A DNA stretch of 64,000 nt from Promethearchaeota archaeon (GCA_019894975.1 JAGXNO010000013.1:10637-74636); one strand, 5' to 3'. Shown: positions 44,198 through 53,358, counted from the stretch's first letter. Made by a program: numbers and translations. The notes: a model not told the origin generated them from the sequence alone.

Positions 44198-44740
44198 TCA
44201 TTTTTTTTTTTTCTTTAGCTTAGTGAGGATTTTATCTGCAATTTCTTCAATAGTCAAGTTGCTAGTATCTATTATCAAATCATAAATCTCTGAATTCTTC
44301 TTAGAATCATTCAGATCAATTATATAAAGTTCTTTAAATCTCTCTAATTCTGATTCTTCTCTCATTAACGTCTCTTTTAACTTTTCATCGTATGAGGTAT
44401 GATCTCTCTCAATCATTCGTTGGATTCTTATATTTAGTGGACAAGTTAATAAGATTTTTAAATCTGCTACTGATTTCAGAAAATAAGCACTTAATTGACT
44501 GTCAATAATAACATTACCTATTAGTGCGATTTCATTTATTTTATCGTCTAATTTCTTATCGATTTCAGGATTTTTTTCTGCGTGCTCTGAGAATTCTTCT
44601 AAAGTTAAATTCATTTCTTTTGCAAGATCTCTAAATGCTTGTCCAGTACTGTAATATTTGATCTCTAGTTTTTGAGCAATCAATTTCCCTATTGTGCTTT
44701 TTCCAGTTCCATGAAGTCCTGAAATTGTTATTAGAAACAT
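44198..44740 (-). CDS. cmk: Cytidylate kinase (archaeal type)
   Basis: ITISGLHGTGKST, FRDLA, RE.SE.ERF; between L34e and L14e. Confidence 0.92.
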   Translation of the reverse strand: MFLITISGLHGTGKSTIGKLIAQKLEIKYYSTGQAFRDLAKEMNLTLEEFSEHAEKNPEIDKKLDDKINEIALIGNVIIDSQLSAYFLKSVADLKILLTCPLNIRIQRMIERDHTSYDEKLKETLMREESELERFKELYIIDLNDSKKNSEIYDLIIDTSNLTIEEIADKILTKLKKKKK

Positions 44741-44829
44741 TTTTTTAAATTAAAGTATTAGTTTTATTTCAAATCAATTAATGAAGTAATCGTATTTAAA
44801 TAATAAATTAAGACCAAATGAAAAAGAGA

Positions 44830-45099
44830 TTACTGATTCCACACTGCCTTTTTTATTAATGTCTGCAAGCAGTTAGCACAATACCTACCACTTTCCATTC
44901 TATTTGCTCTTCTGGCAGTTTTGTTAGTTTTCCCCATCTCAGTGGGCCGTACTCTTGGAATAGATTGGAGGGGTTTTTTACAAATAGCACATTGTGCTCT
45001 AGAAGGTTTTTTTCGCCAATAGTGGGTTACATTTTCATTCCCGGGAGTTCTTATTTTTTTCCTAGCTTGAGCTTTGGATCTTAAACCTGGACGTGGAAT
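44830..45099 (-). CDS. rpl34e: 50S ribosomal protein eL34, ATT start (not in ORF track)
   Basis: (M)PRPGLRSKAQARKKIRTPGNENVTHY...CAICKKPL...RYCANCL; 89 aa; L34e-cmk-L14e order. Confidence 0.93.
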   Translation of the reverse strand: MPRPGLRSKAQARKKIRTPGNENVTHYWRKKPSRAQCAICKKPLQSIPRVRPTEMGKTNKTARRANRMESGRYCANCLQTLIKKAVWNQ

Positions 45100-45190
45100 A
45101 ATAATTACCTTTAAACTATAATTTTAAAGCGTTTGTATTAGGCTAATATAATTTTAAAGCAAAGAAAGAATATTAATTTTATTGTTTTAA

Positions 45191-45847
45191 TTACCCTTTT
45201 AGATTCAATTTGTTTTGGAATTCTTTAAAGGTTTGATATAGTTCATCAACAATTTCTTCAATAAAGAGATTAACGTTTTCTATATCCTGATATTTACTTA
45301 CCATACGTTTATGAATATTTTTAACCTTTCTTCTGAGATCATCCATTCCTGGAAACTTCTTCAAAAAACCGTTTAAGTCGTAAAATAATTTATTAACAAG
45401 TTCAATTTCATGGAAGCCCTTCAATTTTAGCGCATCCATTAATGTAATGAAGGTTGAAGTAATTTCTAAAGTAATACCTGGTAATTCTAGTACAGTTGAG
45501 TTTATAACTTTTGAATCTTGAAGTTTCTCACTTCTTGATTCTTCAGGTAATGCACCAGAAAATTCTAGTGCGGATATTTTGTTAATAATTTCAATAGCTT
45601 TATAATATTGGGTGATAAAATTCATTTTCTTAAGGAGCTTAGAAAGGTTAATTTTATTTTCATCCAAATATATATTGAATTTTACCAAATCATTAATTGT
45701 GTTTCTAACTTTTTTCTGAAAGAAATTATCTTTAATGATTCCTTTTTTAAATTTTTCATATGCATTTAAAATGGTATTAATAAAAGCATAAAGCTCCGAT
45801 TCGATATCCAACTTCGTTTCTGATTGAAAATTATTTTCTTCTACCAT
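45191..45847 (-). CDS. vps28: Vps28-like ESCRT-I subunit
   Basis: ELYAFINTI..AYEKF.KG.I N-domain; EITSTFITLMDALKL matches the Vps28 C-domain signature FITxMDALKL. Confidence 0.8.
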   Translation of the reverse strand: MVEENNFQSETKLDIESELYAFINTILNAYEKFKKGIIKDNFFQKKVRNTINDLVKFNIYLDENKINLSKLLKKMNFITQYYKAIEIINKISALEFSGALPEESRSEKLQDSKVINSTVLELPGITLEITSTFITLMDALKLKGFHEIELVNKLFYDLNGFLKKFPGMDDLRRKVKNIHKRMVSKYQDIENVNLFIEEIVDELYQTFKEFQNKLNLKG

Positions 45848-45897
45848 CTTAATATTTCTTTTAATATTTTTAAATTCTGAAGTCTTGATTTAGAAGA

Positions 45898-46824
45898 TTA
45901 CCCTAATAAATTTGGTCGTAAAAAGTAAAATAATATTGCTATAACAATCCCGATTATTAGAGTTGGAATTAATACACGGGTGGTAGAAGAGTTACTTAAT
46001 TCCCTAATAGATATTGTCATTAAAATGGGTACCCAAATAGCAACGGTAAGAGCGTCTATCACATCTAAAACTGCCCAAGTTCCAGAAGCAAACATTTGAT
46101 CAAAAATAGTAAAATCATATGGAGTAGCCTGTGATGCTGTTACATTTGGGAATCCTACGAGAATTATAAGAATTTTTATCGCATTGATGAGTAAGAATGG
46201 AGCAAACGCAGATAGCATCATATTGAATTTATATGAACCCTCTAAATGTAGCATTGTTCCCCCTTTATAGATACTAAAAGGGCTGATCTCTGCTTCTTTA
46301 TACTTATCCCTAGTATCTTGTAATCCCCCAAAACGTGTTTCTAATCTCTGAGTGAATCCAACTGCAACATTTGCTCCTTTAGTAAAAAGCCAGATTAAAA
46401 CCGCAAATAACACTAACTGAGATATGAATCCAAACACGAAAAAAGTGGCAAAAATACTTAAATTATACACAAATCGGATGAGCGAATAGGTACCAACACC
46501 TGTAATATTAAAATGAGAGAAAAAAGCTAAACCCATAAGTCCGTAAAGTAATGAACTAAACAATAAAATTAACCAACCGGGAGCCTTACTTCTTTTATGA
46601 TTGATGTCCCAAAAACTACGGGAAGGATTTATAAAAAGGTATAAGATCTTTAAATACCAGGGATAAGGATTTATCCATTCTGCTTCATATCTTTTAAAGA
46701 AACGGATTGTTTCAATCTTCTCAACTTTTAGATGAAAACCACAGAAAGCGCAGGCAAAACTATCAGCAGTATTCTCGTTTCCACATCTGGGGCAACGTTG
46801 GAATGCTGCTACTGTTTGAGACAT
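45898..46824 (-). CDS. Zinc-ribbon plus Yip1-like membrane protein
   Basis: CPRC/CAFC, LFINPSRSFWDI, about 5 TM segments. Confidence 0.65.
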   Translation of the reverse strand: MSQTVAAFQRCPRCGNENTADSFACAFCGFHLKVEKIETIRFFKRYEAEWINPYPWYLKILYLFINPSRSFWDINHKRSKAPGWLILLFSSLLYGLMGLAFFSHFNITGVGTYSLIRFVYNLSIFATFFVFGFISQLVLFAVLIWLFTKGANVAVGFTQRLETRFGGLQDTRDKYKEAEISPFSIYKGGTMLHLEGSYKFNMMLSAFAPFLLINAIKILIILVGFPNVTASQATPYDFTIFDQMFASGTWAVLDVIDALTVAIWVPILMTISIRELSNSSTTRVLIPTLIIGIVIAILFYFLRPNLLG

Positions 46825-46991
46825 TCTTTTTACAACATTCTTTAATTTTTTATATTAAACATATAATAAATTATTCTTATAAAAATTTCTTTTAAATCGT
46901 TAATATATTTGGATTCGATTTTAATTATTTAGCAGATTCTTTTTATTTATCATTTAATTCGAAAATTAATAATTTTACTTGGGGTAATATT

Positions 46992-48053
46992 TCATACGTA
47001 TTCTATGATAGAATAATCTTTCTTTTTGAGTACACGATATTCGCGTTGAGTGAATAATTTAGTTAACTCTAGGTTCGTTAGTGTGTGTTTTGTTATTTGT
47101 CCAACTTTTATTCTTGATGGTTTTTTTACAAATGACATTAAAGGAATTAACTGATCGCTTAAATAATTATCAACAGGAATTTCATTAGAGATATATTTAA
47201 TCATTTCATCTGCAGCTAAACGACCTACTTTTTCTGAACTCATGTTTTTTTCACCTAATATTGTTCCTGTAGAAATTATTGCTCCTGTATCGGAAAGAGA
47301 CCATAAAGAAAGACCTACGCCTGAACTTAATGAGTCAACATATGTAATTTTTACATCCAGATCAATCTTTAAATTTCTTTTAAGATGTTGATATATGACC
47401 TTTTTTATCCTCTCACCAATGTTTCTATTCTTAAGGTGATTTGTGGCGATAATTTCACCTTTTATAATATCGAGATTTCCTAATTCAATAAGATTTATGG
47501 GTTTAATTTCATGTTGAGAGGAATGAAGGGTGCATCGTACTTGTGCTCCCCCCTTCGGATAAAAGCCATGTTCCTTTATTTCAACATCAATTTTTAATCC
47601 TGAATTTCTAAATAGTTGATAGGTGACCTCTTGAAGATAATTAAGACTCGGAGCCCATTTCCCAAAAGTTCCCCCTCCTTGTATATTAATATTAATTATT
47701 TCTGAGTTTCTAAAACCTAAACATGCTATCTGTATTGGTTGTAGTAGTAATCCTATACTTCCGGCAGTATTGATGTTTACATCGATATTAGATTTAATTT
47801 CAGTATTGGGAATTAATGTTATTTCTTTTGACCCAACCTGGCATTTTGATAAGTTACTATTAGTTAATTTCGCAAGTGTTTGTAATCCTATTAAATGTTG
47901 CATTCTTAACCCTGGTTTTGGTCTATTTGCCCTTATATTTTTTATTCGAATAGGCCGTGAGAATAAACTAGAGAATCCTGCTCCGATTCTAAGTATGGAC
48001 CCTCCACCTTCCCCAAAGGAACCATCAATTTCTAATTTGTCTCCTTGAGTCAT
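46992..48053 (-). CDS. rtcA: RNA 3'-terminal phosphate cyclase
   Basis: IDGSFGEGGGSILR, RPKPGL..QH, GFYPKGG, DQLI, HTLTN. Confidence 0.93.
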   Translation of the reverse strand: MTQGDKLEIDGSFGEGGGSILRIGAGFSSLFSRPIRIKNIRANRPKPGLRMQHLIGLQTLAKLTNSNLSKCQVGSKEITLIPNTEIKSNIDVNINTAGSIGLLLQPIQIACLGFRNSEIININIQGGGTFGKWAPSLNYLQEVTYQLFRNSGLKIDVEIKEHGFYPKGGAQVRCTLHSSQHEIKPINLIELGNLDIIKGEIIATNHLKNRNIGERIKKVIYQHLKRNLKIDLDVKITYVDSLSSGVGLSLWSLSDTGAIISTGTILGEKNMSSEKVGRLAADEMIKYISNEIPVDNYLSDQLIPLMSFVKKPSRIKVGQITKHTLTNLELTKLFTQREYRVLKKKDYSIIEYV

Positions 48054-48063
48054 ATTTCATCAA

Positions 48064-49188
48064 TTAAGATAACGATTTTATTCGATTTATACCATCAAAC
48101 TCTTCCATTAGTTTTATTACTTCTTGTGGAACTAAAGATTTCCAAGTCTTATCATCCTTAACGATCAAGCGTCGAATATTACTAGCATTGAATTTTCGTT
48201 TAAAAATTGCATATTTTTTCCCAAGAGTAAATCCTTTTTTCAGGAATAATTCTCTAATCCAATCACTATTAGAAAAGATAGCATTAAAATCACCGACTAT
48301 GGAAACTACATGATCAACCCAATTTTTAGCATCAAAAATATCAGGAATTTCATAAATCTCATATCTCTTAGGAGATAATTGTCTTTTTTTAAAAACTGCT
48401 TTGATGAACTCATTTCTTTCTCTGTTTGTAAAGGGATCATTGAATGTGTTTGCAAGTTGAGAGCTCCCTATTCCAATTTTTACATTATTATATGTTTTTA
48501 AAATACTTCTAAGAACATAGATGTGACCGTGATGGAGAGGTTGGAATCTCCCAATAAACAACGCTGTATTTTTACGAGAGTCTTTTTGCTTTATTTTTTC
48601 TCTGAAAAGAGAATTAATATCATAATTTAGAATATATCTCCAAATTTCTTCGCTATGATCAACTAGTTTCTCATTTTTTAATAGATTTTCTAATTCTTCT
48701 TTAGTGTAGAATTTGCTATGTTCAAAATCTAACTCCTTAGGATCTGGATTTAAGGGGGTTCTATAATCAACTAATCCAAAGAAAATATAAGATATTTCTT
48801 TTGTACCATTGTCTTCTTCTTCACTTAATTCATAAAACCTTATTTCTTGAATCGTTTTTGATGGAATTCCAAATTCTTCCTCTAGCTCTCTCAAGGCATC
48901 CTTTTTAATGCTAATTAGATTTAGATTCTTTGCCCATAGAACATGTCCAGAAGAAGAATCTGTGAAATAACCTGGAAAGGAACTTTTATTTTTACTTCTT
49001 TTTTGAACCAAATAGAGAATTTCCCCTTCAGGTGAAATTGATATAACAAAAAATCGGGTTATGAGATGCGTAATATTTTTCTCGTGAGCTAAGCTTCTTT
49101 CCATTGGAAAAATATATTTAGAAATTTGACCTGAGTGCAAAAATTTTATATTTTCTTCTTTAATACAAGCCAAAATTTCTTTTTTCAT
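48064..49188 (-). CDS. Nudix (IDI-like) - NMN adenylyltransferase fusion
   Basis: N-terminal QKRS..K..FPG, ALRELEEEFGI; C-terminal FIGRFQPLHHGH, DPFT..ER. Confidence 0.85.
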   Translation of the reverse strand: MKKEILACIKEENIKFLHSGQISKYIFPMERSLAHEKNITHLITRFFVISISPEGEILYLVQKRSKNKSSFPGYFTDSSSGHVLWAKNLNLISIKKDALRELEEEFGIPSKTIQEIRFYELSEEEDNGTKEISYIFFGLVDYRTPLNPDPKELDFEHSKFYTKEELENLLKNEKLVDHSEEIWRYILNYDINSLFREKIKQKDSRKNTALFIGRFQPLHHGHIYVLRSILKTYNNVKIGIGSSQLANTFNDPFTNRERNEFIKAVFKKRQLSPKRYEIYEIPDIFDAKNWVDHVVSIVGDFNAIFSNSDWIRELFLKKGFTLGKKYAIFKRKFNASNIRRLIVKDDKTWKSLVPQEVIKLMEEFDGINRIKSLS

Positions 49189-49203
49189 TTCAAATATCTC
49201 CTT

Positions 49204-50031
49204 CTATATTTGTACAGTTATAATTTCCCCTGATTTAAATCCTAGTTTATTAGATGCATTTCCTTGGTTAATAGAAATTTCAAGAAATCCCGTAGAACCA
49301 ACAAGGAATAGTAAGGAATCAATAGGAACACCTGAAAAATGAGTATTGAAGATTCCTTTGTATTTTTCATTATTAATAATTAATGTGATTTCTGCTCCAT
49401 CTTCTAATGCAATATTTAAATCTTTAATAATATTATCAACTATTTGGATTGGAGTTATCCCATTTCCGAAAGAATCTATATACTGAATTGGGCAGGTTAT
49501 ACTTCTTCTATCCGAATTAATTTCATATTTTACAGGATTTCTTTTTAAATTGTTAAAATTATATTTTGGACCTAGATCAGATAAGGGAAAATCTTCATAT
49601 TTGGCAATATAAGCACCTACTGGTGCCATAATATCTCTCCCGTGGAATGTAGTTGAAACAGGGTGATTGAAATATTCTTTGTTTTGAACACTTATGCATT
49701 CAGAAATTTCTGTTGCTTCGAGAAAATTTGGAAAAATACCATTATCAGGTCCAATGAAGTAGAAGTTTGATTTGGTTTTCAAAGCGATAATTTCTCTTGA
49801 GCTTCCAACTCCGGGATCAACTACAGTTATGAATATTGCTTTATCAGGAAAATATCTATATGTAGATTTTAAAATATATGATGCTTCTCCTACTGAATAA
49901 GCGGAGATAGTATGGGAAAGATCTATTATTTTTACTAAAGGATTCGTTTTTAAGATGACTGCTTTCATTACAGCTACATAATGCTGACCTCTTGGTCCAA
50001 AATCAGTTACTAACCCAATATATCTTTCCAT
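49204..50031 (-). CDS. SAM hydroxide adenosyltransferase (DUF62)
   Basis: TDFG, VVDPGVG, GPDNG, TFHGRDI, IDSFGN. Confidence 0.92.
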   Translation of the reverse strand: MERYIGLVTDFGPRGQHYVAVMKAVILKTNPLVKIIDLSHTISAYSVGEASYILKSTYRYFPDKAIFITVVDPGVGSSREIIALKTKSNFYFIGPDNGIFPNFLEATEISECISVQNKEYFNHPVSTTFHGRDIMAPVGAYIAKYEDFPLSDLGPKYNFNNLKRNPVKYEINSDRRSITCPIQYIDSFGNGITPIQIVDNIIKDLNIALEDGAEITLIINNEKYKGIFNTHFSGVPIDSLLFLVGSTGFLEISINQGNASNKLGFKSGEIITVQI

Positions 50032-50095
50032 TTTTTTACAAGCGTAACTAAATTCTTCTTAGGAGTACTTTATATTGCTACTATATACACAAAAT

Positions 50096-51007
50096 TTATG
50101 ATGGTATTTCTTTCCTATATTTCTGATCAATTTTGTAAAAATCTTCAAGAGCTTTAGATTTTAACCTAAATTCCTCTTCTTTGTCAAATTGTACTAATTT
50201 CTTAGAAATTTCACTTGCTTTTCTGTATGAGGTATAGGCTGTATGGAAGTCTTCGTTTCTTAAGGCATAACGAGCTTCTTGAACAATCTTTTCTCTTTCT
50301 TTTGACAATTCTGGTATTTGTTGAGAAAACTCTCCCTTCTCTTTTAAGGAAGCAGCTATATCCATTATATAGAGTTCTTCTGCTATCTCGGCTGCTCTTT
50401 TATAGCTTTTTGCAGCTTTTTCATACTCTAGAGATTTAATTGCAGATTCCGCTGTTCTATATAAATCAGAAACTTTTGTATGTTCACCATTCTCAATTTT
50501 TCCTAAAAGGTCTTGAGCTATTTTTCTTTCTTTCTTTCCACCACTTAACATGAATTTAGTTATATTTATAATATTATTCTTCAATGCTTCAGGTTGAAGA
50601 ATATCAATTAAAGGCTCTAAATGTTCAAAATAAATATCTTTTAAGATTGTTTCAAATTCTTCCTTTGACTTACCTATAATGTTAAGGCTAGGCATCTCAA
50701 GTGCTTCAGCAGCTTCTTTAAGAGAAGATCGAAATTTTTCTGGCTCATTTTCTTCAGTTAATAATAAACCTATAATAATTCCAGAAGCTTTTCTAGCTAA
50801 TTTACCCTTTAGCTTATAGATATAAGAAAAAACTCGGTCTTCTTTTAATTTTAGCAAATTATAATCATTTTTTGAATGATCCAGATTCAATCTAAGAAAT
50901 AAATCATTCGTTATTTCAAATCTCGATTCTCCTTCTTTAAAATAATACCCCATTACTTTATAATCTGAATCTGTTGGGAGTAATACTACAAAACAACCGT
51001 TTGGCAT
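50096..51007 (-). CDS. Longin/uDENN-like N-domain plus TPR-like helical repeats
   Basis: Beta-alpha-beta N-terminus ending IIIGLLLTEENEPEKFR; repeated A..Y..AAEIA helices. Confidence 0.5.
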   Translation of the reverse strand: MPNGCFVVLLPTDSDYKVMGYYFKEGESRFEITNDLFLRLNLDHSKNDYNLLKLKEDRVFSYIYKLKGKLARKASGIIIGLLLTEENEPEKFRSSLKEAAEALEMPSLNIIGKSKEEFETILKDIYFEHLEPLIDILQPEALKNNIINITKFMLSGGKKERKIAQDLLGKIENGEHTKVSDLYRTAESAIKSLEYEKAAKSYKRAAEIAEELYIMDIAASLKEKGEFSQQIPELSKEREKIVQEARYALRNEDFHTAYTSYRKASEISKKLVQFDKEEEFRLKSKALEDFYKIDQKYRKEIPS

Positions 51008-51072
51008 CTTAAATCATGTACCTCTTAGTTTTTTAAATTTAAAACAAGTTCTTATAACAAAATACTTGTAGT

Positions 51073-51495
51073 TTAGGATTGGGTACTACTAATTATTCTA
51101 TTTGTTTCTTCCCTAATACTTTGGATAATATTTAACAATTGAGCAAAATAAAGATTATCAGCAACAGTTTTTGATGCCTGCTTTATTGTTTCAATAGCTT
51201 TCTTTTCATCTTCTGTAATTACTTCAATCGATTTTTTATCCCATAACTCTTTTACTTTTGTATTAAAATCTTCAGATAATTCTTTTAAACTAATACTTGA
51301 TTGAATTCTGAATTGTTTTAAAACCTCTACAATCAATCTAATATTTTCTGTCATTGAAACAGTTTGTTCAGAAAAACTTTGGCTCATTTGAGTAATTGAT
51401 TGACTCATCTGGCCAATTTGGGCAATCGTCCCATCTAATGAACTCATTATTTGATTAATTTTTTGAATCATCTGATCTAATAATTGTTCTGCCAC
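51073..51495 (-). CDS. Coiled-coil protein
   Basis: Heptad-rich QMSQSITQMSQS; resembles the upstream gene. Confidence 0.65.
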   Translation of the reverse strand: MAEQLLDQMIQKINQIMSSLDGTIAQIGQMSQSITQMSQSFSEQTVSMTENIRLIVEVLKQFRIQSSISLKELSEDFNTKVKELWDKKSIEVITEDEKKAIETIKQASKTVADNLYFAQLLNIIQSIREETNRIISSTQS

Positions 51496-51530
51496 TTTTC
51501 TATCACCTATTTGTTTTAAATAAAATTTAC

Positions 51531-51944
51531 TTATTCTACTACCTCTTCCTTATTAAGTGATTCTTTTAAAACTTTTACAGAATCGATAGCTTCTGATAAT
51601 AATAAATTCACTGTATCTTGATTAAGAATTCCTTCAGAGAGATTGGAAAACTCTTCAAGTTTTTTAATTAAATTTTTAAGTGCATCTAAACCTAATCCTT
51701 CTTGTATTATTTTTAATTCCTTAGTTGTTACACTCCCAATTTCCTTCATTGCGTCAATATGTTTAGTTTGTGTAACGTTAATTTCATTAGAAAATTCTCC
51801 TAATTTCTCTGTCAAATTTGAAATTTTTTCTTCGATGTTTGTATTAAGCTGGTTAAGTGATTCGTTAAGCGTTTGTATTGAAGCGCCCAATTGTGCAATC
51901 CTTTTATAAATATTCTGAAGAAGGTCGGTTAACATCTCAGCCAT
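51531..51944 (-). CDS. Coiled-coil protein
   Basis: Heptad-rich; MAEMLTDLLQNI vs MAEQLLDQMIQKI. Confidence 0.65.
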   Translation of the reverse strand: MAEMLTDLLQNIYKRIAQLGASIQTLNESLNQLNTNIEEKISNLTEKLGEFSNEINVTQTKHIDAMKEIGSVTTKELKIIQEGLGLDALKNLIKKLEEFSNLSEGILNQDTVNLLLSEAIDSVKVLKESLNKEEVVE

Positions 51945-52186
51945 ACATAATCAACTTTTTTAACTTTTAGTTTGGTAATTTACTAATGTCTCTTTTTGTT
52001 ACTTCAATTATAAATATAACAGATTACATCAATAAAAAAATATTCAATAAAAAAATATTTATCTTTTTTCTTATTTAATAAGAATATAAACACAAACAAG
52101 ATTAATAGCCATCGAAACGATTAATTATATAAAGGAGAAACAACACCAAATACTTTGAAAAACTGAGTTTGTACAAATAACAATAA

Positions 52187-52403
52187 GGGCCATTTGCTTA
52201 GCCAAAATTGGAAATTTATTCCCATTTCTAAATTGGTTATCAAGGTTTTTGAGTACGCTTGGCCAACAAGCGCAGGTCTTATAAATGACCTACAGACATA
52301 CAAAAAAGTATTAACAAAGTGTCTGTAATAAGTAAAAACCTGAGATCCGGGGTTCAAGTGATGATTGGGATTCCCTTCATCAGAACAAATCCCCGATGGC
52401 CCA
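52187..52403 (+). tRNA. Multi-intron tRNA, probably tRNA-Ile(UAU), with introns in the D-loop, anticodon loop and T-loop
   Basis: GGGCCAT/ATGGCCC+A acceptor; GCTT/AAGC D-stem; CAGGT/ACCTG with CT-TAT-AA; AGATC variable loop; CGGGG-TTCAA^AT-CCCCG T-arm; T-run after the 3' end. Confidence 0.8.
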
Positions 52404-52556
52404 TTTTTATCTTCTTTTTACTTTTAGAGTCAAAAAACTTCGTGAAACATCAATTTCACGTTTTTTTATATATCTTGGAGAAATACCTCCATATGGATTA
52501 GGATATTATTTTAAGGTATTGAAGATTTAATTGTAAAAAACAAATGATATAATGAT

Positions 52557-53249
52557 TTACTTATCCAAATTGGTACTAATTAGATCAAGTAACCATTTCT
52601 TTATTTGGGTAAGATTTTTAATTATACCAGGGATAAGATTCTCGGGAAAATTTTGTTCGTGATTTAATCTCTGAGCTGTTTCCATCCATTTATTTAATGC
52701 TAGCTGTACCAAACTAGCGCCTTCTGCTTCCATAAAAATTGGAACAACAGCGGCAGATTCTCTAGCATCACCAATTGCAAAATAAATTCTCCGATTACTC
52801 TCTTTTAACATTACTAAATTAGCACACTCATCAAGTTTTCTCTCAACTAAGATGCTTTTTAATATTTGATCTTTTAAATCTTGATCTTTAGAAACAAATA
52901 GCTCTTTCCTTCTTTTGAGAGTTGGTTGAATTTCAGATACAACTTTATCCCCTGTATCTCCTTGATTAAAATATTTTGTAATTCTAACACCATCTTCTAA
53001 AGCTTCGATAGCTGTAAATTTTTTTGTGTTGGAATAAAAAATTGCTTTAGAACCCGGTTGATCTTCGCTGGAAGATAATTTAGTATGAATACTTCTCATA
53101 ACCACAGAATTACATGTATGATAAGCGATTTCAAACAATTCTCTTGGGATTAAAGAAGCATACGGTTCTTCTATATGCTTAGAGAGCCACTGAGAAGTAA
53201 TAACCCCATTAAATTGTGATAAAAGTCGGTTTTCCATAACTATTCGCAA
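52557..53249 (-). CDS. Hypothetical protein
   Basis: 230-aa ORF co-oriented with SepSecS; no recognised motif. Confidence 0.65.
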   Translation of the reverse strand: MRIVMENRLLSQFNGVITSQWLSKHIEEPYASLIPRELFEIAYHTCNSVVMRSIHTKLSSSEDQPGSKAIFYSNTKKFTAIEALEDGVRITKYFNQGDTGDKVVSEIQPTLKRRKELFVSKDQDLKDQILKSILVERKLDECANLVMLKESNRRIYFAIGDARESAAVVPIFMEAEGASLVQLALNKWMETAQRLNHEQNFPENLIPGIIKNLTQIKKWLLDLISTNLDK

Positions 53250-53358
53250 TTTATTTGTAAATATTCAGTTAGAACAAATTTTATTAAAATATAGTACTTC
53301 TAGTTTTTAATTATTGTTATTTCTGATAAAGTAGAAATTTTAAAATTGTAGATGGTTT

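Noticed and set aside
47140-47180. Apparent loss of His in RtcA (DNYLSDQ)
   Set aside because: The catalytic His motif (HTLTN) is present; Tyr at this position occurs in active RtcA.
52340-52390. Hammerhead (CUGAUGA on the - strand), C/D box or SECIS reading of the TGATGA/TCATCA hairpin; RNase P or SRP RNA for the whole element
   Set aside because: No GAAA core, P4 or helix-8 consensus; the hairpin is explained as the T-loop intron.
52121-52501. Short ORFs 52121-52357(-) and 52319-52501(+)
   Set aside because: They overlap the multi-intron tRNA and have no protein-like features.
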